63,642 bases of DNA, filler included, from 7 parts of 7 records of this genome joined end to end with filler, not necessarily neighbours in it, one strand, 5' to 3'; positions 1 through 10,851 are shown, counted from the whole stretch's first letter. Program-made: numbers and translations. Notes: a model not told the origin generated them from the letters alone.

Positions 1-2
1 GC

Positions 3-782
3 GAAAGCCCCTTGATGACCATCACCAAAGACCAAACCGCCAAGCTGGCCACCGCGATGCAGCAAAAATACGGCGATAACGTGATGGTCGATTTCTGCAT
101 GCGCTATGGCAACCCATCGACCAAATCAAAGGTGCGTGCCATGGTCGATGCAGGCTGCCGCAAGATTTTGTTTTTCCCGCTGTATCCGCAACAGGCTGGC
201 GCCACATCTGCCACGGCAAATGATCAGTTTTTCCGCGCCCTGATGGAGGAAAAATGGCAGCCCGCAGTGCGCACGGTGCCCGCCTATTTCGAACACCCGA
301 AATTCATCGATGCTCTGGCCCAATCGGTAGAACGCGCCTATGACGCGCTAGAGGAAAAGCCAGATATGCTGGTATGTTCCTATCACGGCATGCCAAAGCG
401 CTATCTGCTCGAGGGTGATCCCTATCATTGCCAGTGCCAGAAAAACACGCGCCTGCTGAAAGAGCGGCTGGGCTGGGATGACAGCCAAATTTGCACCACG
501 TTCCAATCGGTTTTTGGGCGCGAAGAATGGCTGCGCCCCTATACGGTAGAACATGTGGCCGAGCTGGCAAAACAAGGCAAAAAACGCATCGCGGTGATCG
601 CACCTGCCTTTTCAGCCGATTGCATTGAAACGCTGGAAGAGATCAACGAAGAAATCGCCGAAAGCTTTGAACATGCCGGCGGCGAACAGTTCACCTATAT
701 TCCCTGCCTAAACGACGACGACGCCCATATCGAGGCGCTATCGGCGGTTATCGACACTGAAATTTCAGGCTGGCTGTCTTAA
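3..782 (+). CDS. hemH: Ferrochelatase, 5'-truncated by window start
   Basis: Motifs MRYGNPS, PLYPQ, SYHGMP, GDPYHCQC, FQSVFGREEWLRPYT and FSADCIETLEEI; frame is open from the window edge. Confidence 0.96.
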   Translation, partial: ESPLMTITKDQTAKLATAMQQKYGDNVMVDFCMRYGNPSTKSKVRAMVDAGCRKILFFPLYPQQAGATSATANDQFFRALMEEKWQPAVRTVPAYFEHPKFIDALAQSVERAYDALEEKPDMLVCSYHGMPKRYLLEGDPYHCQCQKNTRLLKERLGWDDSQICTTFQSVFGREEWLRPYTVEHVAELAKQGKKRIAVIAPAFSADCIETLEEINEEIAESFEHAGGEQFTYIPCLNDDDAHIEALSAVIDTEISGWLS

Positions 783-821
783 AAACGGGCAAATTCAGCG
801 CCGCTATCCGCAGTGGCCAAC

Positions 822-855
822 AAAAAAGGCGGTGGGTTTCCCCACCGCCTTTTTG
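822..855. terminator. Bidirectional rho-independent terminator
   Basis: AAAAAAGGCGGTGGG-tttc-CCCACCGCCTTTTT hairpin between convergent hemH and the small gene. Confidence 0.85.
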
Positions 856-873
856 TTTCCAGAACCTGGAAAA

Positions 874-1053
874 TTAGTCAGCTGCAACAGCCGCTACAAC
901 GGCCAGCACCAGCAGCGGAACCAGTGCACCGCCCGACGAGCTTGCAGTTTCTTCAACAACAACCGGTGCTTCCATTACGGGAGCCGACATGTTGCCAGCA
1001 AATGCGGTCGAAGCAGCAGCGGTCAGGGCAGCAGCCAAAACAAGTTTATTCAT
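874..1053 (-). CDS. Small (59 aa) exported protein with signal peptide and C-terminal hydrophobic helix
   Basis: GGAGGA RBS before ATG; MNKLVLAAALTAAASTAFA signal peptide; C-terminal ALVPLLVLAVVAAVAAD. Confidence 0.75.
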   Translation of the reverse strand: MNKLVLAAALTAAASTAFAGNMSAPVMEAPVVVEETASSSGGALVPLLVLAVVAAVAAD

Positions 1054-1191
1054 AATATCCTCCAGATATCCGCCTGCCACAATAGCGTGTCAGGCACCCA
1101 AGACTTACCTCGTAATATGCGATAAAGCAGTATCAGCGCGGAAATGCAAACCCAAGTTTAGTTGATTTCACGAACTCGCGTCATCGTGTCG

Positions 1192-1803
1192 TCAAATTAG
1201 CAACACTTGTGTGCCCACTTTGGCCAAGCTGAACAATTCGGCGATATGTTCGTTGTAAAGGCCAATGCAACCATTCGAAGACCGCCGGCCAATTTTGCGC
1301 GTATCATGGGTGCCGTGGATACGGTAATATGTCCAGGATAGATACAATGCATGGGTGCCCAGCGGGTTATCGGGGCCGGCTGGCACGAAATCGGGCCATT
1401 CTGGGTTGCGCTGTTTCATTGCCGGGGTTGGGCGCCATTCTGGCCCCTCTACCTTGCGCACCACCTGCGTGCGGCCGCGGCGGGTAAGATCCTCGGTCAT
1501 GGGCACAGACGATGGATATAGTTTGTAGGTTTCACCATCGGCCGACCAGTAATGCAGCGCGCGCGAATCAATATCCACCAAGATGGCGCCTTTGTTCAGA
1601 TTGTTGAAATAGGGCCGCCAATCTAACGTGCGAAAGCTGGAAATATTGCGCCGCACCGCTTGGGTAACATCTTTTTCAACCTCGATGGTGGTTGCAGAAT
1701 TCACATCGCCCGTTTGGCCAAACGCAGGCGCGGCCACCACTGCCGCCGCCGAGGCAAGAAAGGCACGCCGATTGAAAGGCGCGGTTTTCGAGTGTGTCAT
1801 CAT
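1192..1803 (-). CDS. L,D-transpeptidase (YkuD/ErfK family), Tat-exported
   Basis: Twin-arginine NRRAFLASAAA; GPDNPLG; catalytic IHGT...SNGCIGL. Confidence 0.92.
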   Translation of the reverse strand: MMTHSKTAPFNRRAFLASAAAVVAAPAFGQTGDVNSATTIEVEKDVTQAVRRNISSFRTLDWRPYFNNLNKGAILVDIDSRALHYWSADGETYKLYPSSVPMTEDLTRRGRTQVVRKVEGPEWRPTPAMKQRNPEWPDFVPAGPDNPLGTHALYLSWTYYRIHGTHDTRKIGRRSSNGCIGLYNEHIAELFSLAKVGTQVLLI

Positions 1804-1965
1804 GCTCTCCAAATGGAATGGCCCAGTTTTTCGCGCAGCATATGGCGCAAAAGCCGCAGTCGCAAATCAAACAGCCGTTAGGCGGCGATGTAACAGCATA
1901 GTGGGTTGGAAAAACCACGCCATTCGCGCTAAAGCGGGGTATTGGCAATTCAAGGTTTCAAAAAC

Positions 1966-2472
1966 ATGCGTTTGGCCGCACTTCTGGTTACTGCAGCGCT
2001 GGCCCTTGCGGCTTGCACCACCACCGAACCAACGCTGGGGCCAGATGGCAAACCATTGCCGCGTGTCTACCCCATTGCCGCGTCTGATCATGGGAAAATC
2101 CAGTTCAGAATGCTAGATTCGGTGAATTCGCTGCGCGGTGCGGCCGGCCTGGCGCCGATCGAGCTGGATGCGCGCCTAACCGCCGCCGCCGCGACGCATG
2201 CGCGCGATATGTCTGTGCAAAACCGGCCATGGCATTTCGGCTCGGATGGCTCGTCGCCCATCGATCGGGTGCAGCGCGTGGGCTACGAGGGGCGTTTGCT
2301 GGGCGAGAACATCTCGGAAACCTACGAGACCGAGCTGGAAACCCTAGCCGCCTGGATGGAAGACCCAACCACGCGGCGCATTATCGTCGATCCTGATGCC
2401 ACCAAAATGGGCTTTGCATGGCACCAAGAGGCCAATGGCAAAATCTGGTGGACCTTGATCACCGGCACCTAA
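1966..2472 (+). CDS. CAP/SCP-domain lipoprotein
   Basis: Lipobox LAAC; VNSLRGAAGLAP, AAATHARDM, HFGSDGSSP, GENI motifs. Confidence 0.9.
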   Translation: MRLAALLVTAALALAACTTTEPTLGPDGKPLPRVYPIAASDHGKIQFRMLDSVNSLRGAAGLAPIELDARLTAAAATHARDMSVQNRPWHFGSDGSSPIDRVQRVGYEGRLLGENISETYETELETLAAWMEDPTTRRIIVDPDATKMGFAWHQEANGKIWWTLITGT

Positions 2473-2502
2473 CCGCCACAAATTACCCCGCACAGGGGCG
2501 CA

Positions 2503-2991
2503 TTACGGGTTGATCGTGATCGGCGTGCCATTACGCACCATGGCGTAAATTTCTTCGATATGGCGGTTGGGCACCGCAATGCAGCCCGCTGTCCAATCGC
2601 GCCCACCCTTGCGGTTTTTCCATGGGCGCCCGTGGATAAATATATCGCCCCCAGGGCTGCGCCCGCGCGCCTGTGCATAGGCCCGATCGCCGCCATTGGG
2701 GTAGGAAATGCCCAAAGATAAATGAAATTCGCTGTTTGGGTTGCGGCGGTTGATCACATAGGTGCCTTCGGGTGTCTTGCCATCGCCTTCGAATTGTTTG
2801 TGCCCTTCGGGGGCAAAGCCAAGCCCAATATCGTAGCTGCGCAAAACCTCGTTATCATGCATCAGATACATTTTGCGCGCAGCCTTGTTCACCACAACCC
2901 AACTGACCGCAGGGCCATCATAGCTGCGAAACTTGCTGGCGCAGCCCGCAAGAGAAAAAACCGTTGCCAATAATAGAATGACCCGCAGCAT
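2503..2991 (-). CDS. L,D-transpeptidase family lipoprotein (YafK-like)
   Basis: Lipobox LAGC; EGDGKTPEG, ISYPN, IFIHG...WTAGCIAV. Confidence 0.9.
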   Translation of the reverse strand: MLRVILLLATVFSLAGCASKFRSYDGPAVSWVVVNKAARKMYLMHDNEVLRSYDIGLGFAPEGHKQFEGDGKTPEGTYVINRRNPNSEFHLSLGISYPNGGDRAYAQARGRSPGGDIFIHGRPWKNRKGGRDWTAGCIAVPNRHIEEIYAMVRNGTPITINP

Positions 2992-3079
2992 CGCATAACC
3001 TGCCTGTTCGTTTGGCGCAGCCCTACACCAATTTTGCCCCATGCCATAGGCCCTGCGCTTTATGGTTACATTTGCGTGA

Positions 3080-4297
3080 TCAGTCGCGCGAAAAACAGGC
3101 AACCAATTCAATATGCGCCGACCACCGAAACTGGTCGATCACCTGCACCGGCCCCAGGCGCCACCCCGCATCCAGCAACAGTTTTGCATCGCGGGCAAAG
3201 GTGACAGGGTTGCACGAGACAAAAGCAATTTTGCCTATCGATGCCAGGGCCAGATGGGCCACTTGTGCCTGGGCGCCGGCGCGGGGCGGGTCGATCACCA
3301 CGGCATCAACGCCGCGCAATTCATCGGGCATCAGGGGGCGGCGAAACAGATCGCGGGCCTCGGTTGTGATACGTTTCAACCCCGGCGTCTCGCGCCAGGC
3401 GCGATCTAGCGCTTTCAGCATCTCGGCATCACCCTCGACCGCATGCACAGCCGCTGTCTGGGCCAAAGGCAGCGCAAATGTGCCGCAGCCTGAAAACAGG
3501 TCAGCCACCCGTGCGGCACCCTGCACCATGTCGCTGACGGCGTGCACCAAGGCCTGTTCGCCCGCGGCGGTGGCCTGCAAAAACGCACCGGGCGGCGGGG
3601 CCACATTGGCCGGCCCCATACGCTGCAGCGGCGGCAGGCGGGTGGCCACCACCTCGCCATCCCACGACAGGCGCGCCAGTTTGCACTGTTCGGCAAGCTG
3701 GGCCAGTGCCACGCGCAACGGGCCATCCAAAGGCTTGCCGCCCGTTGCCGCCAAATCCAGCCCATGGCGGGTAAGCGTGGCCTGCACGGCCAGCTCGGCC
3801 TTGCGGCTGGCCCCCAAAACCGCCAAGCGCTGCGCCACATCAAAGGCTGGCTGCAGCGCTGGATCGATCAATTGGCACTCGGGAATTTCAACAATCACCC
3901 CAGATGCGCGGCCATGAAACCCGGCCAATGCGCCCTTTTTGGTGCGCCGGGCCGAAATGCCCATGCGCCGCCGGCTGCGCGGGGGCGAGGTATGTATGGG
4001 CAAAAACTGCGCCTCGATCGCCTGCGCCTGCAATGCTCTGCGCACCACATCCACCTTCCATTCAGCCACAAATGCATCGCTGGCATGCTGCAATTGGCAG
4101 CCACCGCAAGATTTGAAATGCCGGCAAGGCGGGGCCACGCGGCTGGGCGAGGGCGTGATCACCCGCATATCGGCTAGCTGCTGGCCTTGGGGCGTGCCCT
4201 CGACCACCTCGCCGGGCAGGGCAAGGGGCACAAATAGCGGGCCCTCGGCGATGCCGTCGCCTTGGTGGCCCAAACGATCGATTGTTATGCGTGTCAT
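3080..4297 (-). CDS. Class I SAM-dependent RNA (uracil-5)-methyltransferase, RlmD/TrmA family
   Basis: Fe-S motif CRHFKSCGGCQLQH; DLFSGCGTF; DPPRAG; VSCNPVTFARD; DQFRWSAHIE. Start placed at MTRITIDRLG. Confidence 0.9.
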   Translation of the reverse strand: MTRITIDRLGHQGDGIAEGPLFVPLALPGEVVEGTPQGQQLADMRVITPSPSRVAPPCRHFKSCGGCQLQHASDAFVAEWKVDVVRRALQAQAIEAQFLPIHTSPPRSRRRMGISARRTKKGALAGFHGRASGVIVEIPECQLIDPALQPAFDVAQRLAVLGASRKAELAVQATLTRHGLDLAATGGKPLDGPLRVALAQLAEQCKLARLSWDGEVVATRLPPLQRMGPANVAPPPGAFLQATAAGEQALVHAVSDMVQGAARVADLFSGCGTFALPLAQTAAVHAVEGDAEMLKALDRAWRETPGLKRITTEARDLFRRPLMPDELRGVDAVVIDPPRAGAQAQVAHLALASIGKIAFVSCNPVTFARDAKLLLDAGWRLGPVQVIDQFRWSAHIELVACFSRD

Positions 4298-4431
4298 ACC
4301 CGCGCCATAGCCTGCCGCGTGCCCCCGGAAAAGCCCCTGCTGCACCCGCGCACCAAAATTGCACCGCATCATGGCTTTGACGCCGCGGCCCCTGCCCGCT
4401 AGCCTGCCCATATCATGAAAGGGACACGCGC

Positions 4432-6381
4432 ATGAAATCTGTTCGTCTACGCCTGCTGGTCTTGGCGTTGACCCCGCTGATCGTGCTGATGCCGCTCTTG
4501 CTGTTGATCGGCATGACCCGCTGGACCACAGATTATGACAAGGTCTTGATCGCCAATGTCGAAAGCGACCTGCGCATCGCCCAGCAATACCTGACCCGCC
4601 TGATGGTAGAAACCGGCGACGAGCTGGCAGGCGTGGCCGATTCGGCCGAATTTGCCGCAATCTTGCAACGCCCGCCCAACCAGCAAGCCGCCTATTTCAC
4701 CCGCAAACGCCAGGCGCTAGAGCTGGATTTTTTGTATTTCCTGCCAGAACATGATGCCATCGATCAGGCCGCGCGCTGGCCGATCATTGCCGCAGGCCTG
4801 AATGGCCGCCCCTCGACCCAGATCGATATTTTCAGCGCCGCCGATCTGGCGGCCTTTCCCGGCAATCTGGCCGAACGCGCGCGGATTGCGCTGATTGAAA
4901 CAAAAGCCGCCGTGCCAACAGAGCGCACCGTAGAAGACCGGGGCATGGTTATTCACGCGGCAAGCCCGGTGAAATTATCTGGCCACAGCGGCGTGTTGGT
5001 GGGTGGCGTTTTGTTGAACCGCAACCTGGATTTCATCGATACGATCAACACGCTGGTCTATCTAAACGCCATCACCGGCGGTGATAGGCAAGGCACCGCC
5101 ACCCTGTTTTTGGATGACGTGCGGGTATCCACCAACGTGCGCCTGTTCGAGGATGTGCGCGCCCTGGGCACCCGCGTTTCGGCTGCGGTGCGGGGCCAGG
5201 TGCTGAGCGAGGGCAAAACCTGGCTGGCCCGCGCCTTTGTGGTGAATGACTGGTATATCTCGGGCTATCTGCCGCTGACCGACAGTTTCGGCCAGCGCGT
5301 TGGCATGCTGTATGTGGGTTTTCTCGAGGCGCCATTTGCCCTGGCCAAACGCGATGCGCTGATCTGGATGATGGGCGCCTTTGCGCTGGTTTTGGCGGTT
5401 TCTGTGCCCATTTTGCTGCGCATGGCCGAAGGTATCTTTGCGCCGCTGGAACGCATGACAAACACCATGCGCAAAGTGCGCGAGGGGGATTTATCGGCGC
5501 GCAACGGTCAATTTGGAAAAGCCGACGAAATTGGCCAAGTGGCCGGCCATCTGGATAACCTTCTAGATCAGGTGCAAGACCGCGATCGGAAACTGCGCAA
5601 CTATGCCGAGCAGCTAAACAACCGCGTAGAAGAACGCACCGCCGAATTGCGCCAAGCCAACGAAAAGCTGGAACAAACCTTTAAACAGCTGGTGATGAGC
5701 GAAAAACTGGCCGCCATCGGGGAAATTACCGCCGGTGTGGCCCATGAAATCAACAATCCGGTCGCTGTTATTCAAGGCAATATCGATGTCATGCGCGAGG
5801 CACTGGGCCCAAATGCAGACAGCGTGGAAACCGAATTGTCGCTGATCGACAAACAGGTAGCGCGCATTCAGGCGATTGTTGGCAAGCTGCTAAAATTCGC
5901 CCGCCCCAGCGAATTTTCCAATTACGAAGAGCTGCTAGATCTGCAGCCCATCGTCGCCGACTGTCTGGTTTTGGTCGAACATGTTTTGGCCAAAGGCAAT
6001 ATCACGGTGCATACCAGCTTTGCCCCGGCGCCACCTGTGCGCGGCGATGCGGGCGAAATTCAGCAAGTGGTGGTAAACCTGATCGTCAATGCCGCCCAAG
6101 CAATGCAGGGGCAGGGGCAGCTGTTTTTAAGCCTGGCCTCGCGCATAAATGACGGGCAGCCCGGCGCAGTTTTGGTGGTGCGCGATACCGGCCCCGGCAT
6201 TCCCCCAGATGTGCTGGATGCGGTATTTAACCCATTTTTCACCACAAAAACCGCCCAAGGCACGGGGCTGGGCCTGTCTATTTCGCAAACGCTTATTCAA
6301 CGTCTGGGCGGAATTATCAGCGCCACAAACAGCCCCGAAGGCGGGGCAGAATTTACCGTGTGGCTGCCATCCGCCGCCTAA
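4432..6381 (+). CDS. Sensor histidine kinase (periplasmic Cache, HAMP, HisKA, HATPase)
   Basis: Two TM segments; ATLFLDDVRVSTNV Cache motif; H-box AGVAHEINNP; N, G1, F and G2 boxes. Confidence 0.93.
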   Translation: MKSVRLRLLVLALTPLIVLMPLLLLIGMTRWTTDYDKVLIANVESDLRIAQQYLTRLMVETGDELAGVADSAEFAAILQRPPNQQAAYFTRKRQALELDFLYFLPEHDAIDQAARWPIIAAGLNGRPSTQIDIFSAADLAAFPGNLAERARIALIETKAAVPTERTVEDRGMVIHAASPVKLSGHSGVLVGGVLLNRNLDFIDTINTLVYLNAITGGDRQGTATLFLDDVRVSTNVRLFEDVRALGTRVSAAVRGQVLSEGKTWLARAFVVNDWYISGYLPLTDSFGQRVGMLYVGFLEAPFALAKRDALIWMMGAFALVLAVSVPILLRMAEGIFAPLERMTNTMRKVREGDLSARNGQFGKADEIGQVAGHLDNLLDQVQDRDRKLRNYAEQLNNRVEERTAELRQANEKLEQTFKQLVMSEKLAAIGEITAGVAHEINNPVAVIQGNIDVMREALGPNADSVETELSLIDKQVARIQAIVGKLLKFARPSEFSNYEELLDLQPIVADCLVLVEHVLAKGNITVHTSFAPAPPVRGDAGEIQQVVVNLIVNAAQAMQGQGQLFLSLASRINDGQPGAVLVVRDTGPGIPPDVLDAVFNPFFTTKTAQGTGLGLSISQTLIQRLGGIISATNSPEGGAEFTVWLPSAA

Positions 6382-6447
6382 ATCATGTCCCTTGCCCCAG
6401 GGGCCAGCCCTGATTTCAGGGCCGGTTTGGGGCAAGGGGTGCAGGCC

Positions 6448-9075
6448 CTAAGCCGCGGTAACGCGCACAGCGGCGTATTTGAATTCGGGGATTTTCCCGT
6501 AAGGGTCCAGCGCCGGGTTGGTGAGAATGTTTGCCGCCGCTTCGACATAGGCAAAGGGCAAGAACACCATATCAGGGGCCACGGCACGGTCTTCGCGCGC
6601 CATCACCTCTATCGCGCCACGCCGGGTTTCCAGCCGCACCATACCGCCCGGCGCAACACCCAGTTTGCGCAATGTTGCAGGATGGAGCGAGCAATTGGCC
6701 TGCGGTTCAACAGCGTCCAGCACCACCGAACGCCGCGTCATCGAGCCGGTGTGCCAATGTTCCAGCTGGCGGCCCGTTGTCAGCACCATCGGATAGTCGC
6801 GATCGGGCTGCTCGTCGGGGGCGATCACCTGCGCAGGCGCAAACCGTGCACGCCCATCAGCGCGGGGGAAACCATCGCCAAACACAATCGCCTGGCCCGG
6901 ATCGGTGGGCGACAGGCTGGGGTATGTCACGGCGCTTTCATCCATCAACCGCGCCCAGCTGATATTGTTCAGCGATTTCATGCCCTGCTTCATTTCAGCA
7001 AACACATCGCTGGGGTGGCTATAGGCCCAATTCAGCCCCAAACGCTGTGCCAAAGCCACGGTAATGGCCCAATCCTCGCGGGCCTCGCCCGGGGGTTGCG
7101 CCGCCGCCCGGCCCATTTGCACCTGCCGGTTGGTATTGGTGACGGTGCCGTTCTTTTCGTAAAATGCCGCCGCCGGCAAAATGACATCGGCAAAGTTTGC
7201 AGTTTCCGTCAGGAAGATATCTTGCACCACCAAATGCTGCAGGCTGGCCAGCGCCTGGCGGGCATGGGTCACATCTGGGTCTGACATGGCGGGGTTTTCA
7301 CCCAAGATATACATGCCCTTGATCTGCCCATGATGCACCGCATCCAAAATTTCAGTCACCGTCAGGCCCTTTTCATTGCTGAAATCACCCGAGGCCCAAA
7401 TTTCAGAAAACGCGCTGCGCACACCATCGTCTGTAACGCTTTGGTAATCTGGCAAAAACATCGGTATCAGCCCCGCATCCGAGGCACCCTGCACGTTGTT
7501 TTGCCCACGCAGCGGGTGCAACCCACTGCCCGGCTTGCCCACATTGCCTGTCATCAACGCAAGCGCGATCAGGCAGCGCGCGTTATCGGTGCCGTGGATA
7601 TGCTGCGACACGCCCATACCCCAAAAGATCATACCGGCCCGGGCGGTGGCAAAATCGCGCGCCACAGCGCGAATATCGGCGGCGGAAATGCCTGTCAGCT
7701 CTTCCATCTTCTCGGGGGCAAAGCCGGCCAGATGCTGTTTTTCTGCCTCCCAGTTCTCAGTATAGCGTTCGATATAGGCCTGGTCATACAGCCCCTCTTC
7801 GACGATCACCGACATGATGGCATTCAACAGTGCCACATCCGCGCCAGGGCGGAATTGCAACATATGTTTGGCATGGCGCCTCATCGCGGTGCCGCGCGGA
7901 TCCATGATAATCAGCTTGCCGCCGCGTTTGGCAAATTGCTTGAAATAGGTGGCTGCAACGGGGTGGTTTTCTGTGGGGTTGGCCCCAATCACAATGGCCA
8001 CATCGGCGTGTTCGATCTGGTTAAACGTGGCCGTCACCGCGCCCGAGCCCACGTTTTCCATCAACGCCGCCACCGACGAGGCATGGCACAAACGCGTGCA
8101 GTGATCGACGTTGTTATGCCCAAAGCCCTGGCGGATCAGCTTTTGGAACAAATACGCCTCTTCATTGGTGCATTTGGCACTGCCAAACCCCGCAACCGAG
8201 CGCCCACCATGCTGGCTGCGCAGATCGGCCAGCCCATTGGCTGCGAAATCCAGCGCCTCTTCCCAGCTGGCTTCGCGGAAATGGGTAAGCGGGTTTGCCG
8301 GGTCTACGTTTAGCCCCTTTGGCATGCCTTCGCGGCGGATAAGCGGCTTGGTCAGGCGGTGGGGGTGGTGGATATAATCATAGCCAAAACGCCCCTTGAC
8401 GCATAGCCGCCCCTCGTTTGCCGGGCCATTGATGCCCTCGACATATTTTATCTTGCCCTCTTTCAGCTTTAGCGACACCTGGCAGCCCACCCCGCAGAAC
8501 GGGCAGACAGATTTCACCTCGGTATCGAAATCGGCACTGTCGCCCTGCTGGTGGTCATCCAGCACAGTGGCAGGCATCAAGGCGCCGGTGGGGCAGGCCT
8601 GCACGCATTCGCCACAGGCCACACAGCTAGAGGCGCCCATCGGATCGGCAAAATCGAAGGTGGGATAGGCATCATGGCCACGCCCGGCCATGCCGATCAC
8701 GTCATTTACCTGCACTTCGCGGCAGGCGCGCACGCATAGCCCGCATTGAATGCAGGCATCCAAATTCACCCGCATCGCCACATGGCTGTCATCGAGCAGC
8801 GGAATGCGATCAGCCTCGAGCGTGGGAAAGCGGCTTTCGCTAACGCCATTGGCCTGGGCCATATCCCAAAAATGCGCGCTGGCATCATGGGCGGCGGCGC
8901 GTTCGGGCTGGTCGGCCAGCAGCAGTTCCATCACCAAGGCGCGCGATTTTTGGGCGCGTTCGCTATCGGTTTTCACCTGCAGCCCGGCACTGGGCGCACG
9001 GCAGCACGAGGCAGCCAGCGTGCGCTCGCCATCGATTTCCACCACACAGGCGCGGCAGTTGCCATCGGGGCGATA
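6448..9075 (-). CDS. fdhF: Formate dehydrogenase alpha subunit (Mo/W-bisPGD, FdhF/FdsA type, Cys ligand), 5'-truncated
   Basis: GNCRAC, CIQCGLCVRAC, CVACGECVQACP, CPFCGVGC, GSAKCTNEE, DHCTRLCH, PLRGQNNVQG. Confidence 0.92.
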   Translation of the reverse strand, partial: YRPDGNCRACVVEIDGERTLAASCCRAPSAGLQVKTDSERAQKSRALVMELLLADQPERAAAHDASAHFWDMAQANGVSESRFPTLEADRIPLLDDSHVAMRVNLDACIQCGLCVRACREVQVNDVIGMAGRGHDAYPTFDFADPMGASSCVACGECVQACPTGALMPATVLDDHQQGDSADFDTEVKSVCPFCGVGCQVSLKLKEGKIKYVEGINGPANEGRLCVKGRFGYDYIHHPHRLTKPLIRREGMPKGLNVDPANPLTHFREASWEEALDFAANGLADLRSQHGGRSVAGFGSAKCTNEEAYLFQKLIRQGFGHNNVDHCTRLCHASSVAALMENVGSGAVTATFNQIEHADVAIVIGANPTENHPVAATYFKQFAKRGGKLIIMDPRGTAMRRHAKHMLQFRPGADVALLNAIMSVIVEEGLYDQAYIERYTENWEAEKQHLAGFAPEKMEELTGISAADIRAVARDFATARAGMIFWGMGVSQHIHGTDNARCLIALALMTGNVGKPGSGLHPLRGQNNVQGASDAGLIPMFLPDYQSVTDDGVRSAFSEIWASGDFSNEKGLTVTEILDAVHHGQIKGMYILGENPAMSDPDVTHARQALASLQHLVVQDIFLTETANFADVILPAAAFYEKNGTVTNTNRQVQMGRAAAQPPGEAREDWAITVALAQRLGLNWAYSHPSDVFAEMKQGMKSLNNISWARLMDESAVTYPSLSPTDPGQAIVFGDGFPRADGRARFAPAQVIAPDEQPDRDYPMVLTTGRQLEHWHTGSMTRRSVVLDAVEPQANCSLHPATLRKLGVAPGGMVRLETRRGAIEVMAREDRAVAPDMVFLPFAYVEAAANILTNPALDPYGKIPEFKYAAVRVTAA

Positions 9076-9175
9076 NNNNNNNNNNNNNNNNNNNNNNNNN
9101 NNNNNNNNNNNNNNNNNNNTTAATTAATTAANNNNNNNNNNNNNNNNNNNNNNNNNNNNNNNNNNNNNNNNNNNN
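9076..9175. other. Artificial contig spacer
   Basis: N44-TTAATTAATTAA-N44, with stops in all six frames. Confidence 0.99.
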
Positions 9176-10702
9176 TTCCTTGCCCAGTTCCACGCCCCAC
9201 TGGTCGAAGGAGTTGATTCCCCAGATCACGCCTTCAACGAAAACCCGGTGCTCGTAAAGGGCGATCAGGCGGCCGAGTGCGAAAGGTGTCAGCTGGTCAT
9301 AGACAAGGGTCATGGAGGGCCTGTCACCCGGGAACACCTTGTGGGGTGCCAGACGATCGACTTCGTCTGCAGCCATTCCGGAAGCGCTGAGGAGTGCCTT
9401 TGCCTCGTCAAGCGTCCGGCCGAGCATCAGGGCTTCGGACTGGGCCAGGCAGTTCGCGACCAGAAGGTCGTGATGATGTTTCAGGTCTTCTTCATGGCCG
9501 TTGGCGGCGATCAGGAATTCACACGGGATGACAGTCGTGCCCTGGTGCAGGAGCTGATAGAACGCGTGCTGACCATTCGTGCCTGGTTCACCCCAGACCA
9601 GTGGACCGGTTTCCTCGGTCACGGGACTGCCGTCCAGCTTCACGCGCTTGCCATTTGATTCCATGTCGAGCTGCTGCAGGTACGCGGGCAGGCGAGACAG
9701 GCGCTGGTCGTAGGGCAGGACGGCGCGGGCGGAAAGGCCAAGCGCGTCCCGGTTCCAGACGCCGATCAACGCCATCAGAACCGGCAGGTTTTTTTCAAGC
9801 GGTGCTTCAGCGAAATGGGTGTCCATCGCATGGGCGCCGGACAGAAAGTCACTGAAGGCGTCCGGTCCGATGGCGATCATGAGAGGCAGGCCGATGGCCG
9901 ACCAGACGGAATACCGGCCGCCGACCCAGTCCCAGAAACCGAAAACGCGGCTTTCGTCGATGCCAAAGGCGGCTACCTTGTCGAGGGCGGTGGAGACGGC
10001 TGCGAAGTGGTCGCCGACAGCCTCTTCGCCAAGAGTACCGGCAATCCATTTGCGCGCGGTCTGCGCGTTGGTCATGGTCTCGATGGTGGTGAAGGTTTTC
10101 GAGGCGACGATGATCAGCGTTGTGGCCGGGTCGAGTTTTTCCAGCGTATCGGCAATATGAGCGCCGTCCACGTTCGAAACGTAGTGCAGCTCCGGACCGT
10201 CATGATAGGGGCTGAGCGCGATTGTCGTCATGACCGGCCCGAGGTCCGAGCCGCCGATGCCGATGTTGACCACGTCGGTAAAGGCGTCGCCGGTGGAGGA
10301 GGTCAGATCGCCGGAGCGGACCGCTTCGGCAAAATCCGCCATCGCGTCCAGAACCGCACGTACATCGGGCATCACATCCGCACCATCGACCAGAACCGGC
10401 TGGTCCGACTGGTTGCGAAGCGCTGTGTGCAGGACGGCGCGCTTTTCGGTGCCGTTGATCTTCTCGCCGGCAAACATGGCCGCACGTTTACCTTCCACGT
10501 CCGCAGCGCGGGCAAGGTCGAGCAGCAGGTTGAACGCCTTGTCGTCGATCCGGGACTTGGAATAATCGAGCAACAGGTCGTCTGTTCTGGCGGAGAATGT
10601 GTCGAACCGGTTGGGGGCGGCCGCAAACAGTTGCCGCAGGGAGGTGCCCTTCAATTGTTCCGCCTGCCGGTTGAGAGCCTCAAATGCTGCTTCTAGCGCC
10701 AT
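9176..10702 (-). CDS. pgi: Glucose-6-phosphate isomerase, 3'-truncated
   Basis: [51 protein letters not shown]. Confidence 0.97.
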
Positions 10703-10713
10703 GAACAATCCTC

Positions 10714-10727
10714 TTAAATCGATTTAA
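10714..10727. promoter_or_regulatory. Palindromic operator upstream of pgi (LacI-type)
   Basis: Perfect palindrome TTAAATCGATTTAA adjoining the pgi RBS; recurs before edd and zwf. Confidence 0.75.
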
Positions 10728-10851
10728 CAGCTTGTTTTCGCGCCGACGCGCGCGGGGCATCCATTAGCATACCCGCCCGGCGAGGGGGAGAAGAAATTCA
10801 AGGAGAATGCCGCCGGAAACTGGCAGGTGGATTCCGGCGGCTGACGGCCAA

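Noticed and set aside
6448..9075. Selenocysteine recoding in formate dehydrogenase
   Set aside because: The active-site position is Cys (CTRLCH) and there is no in-frame TGA
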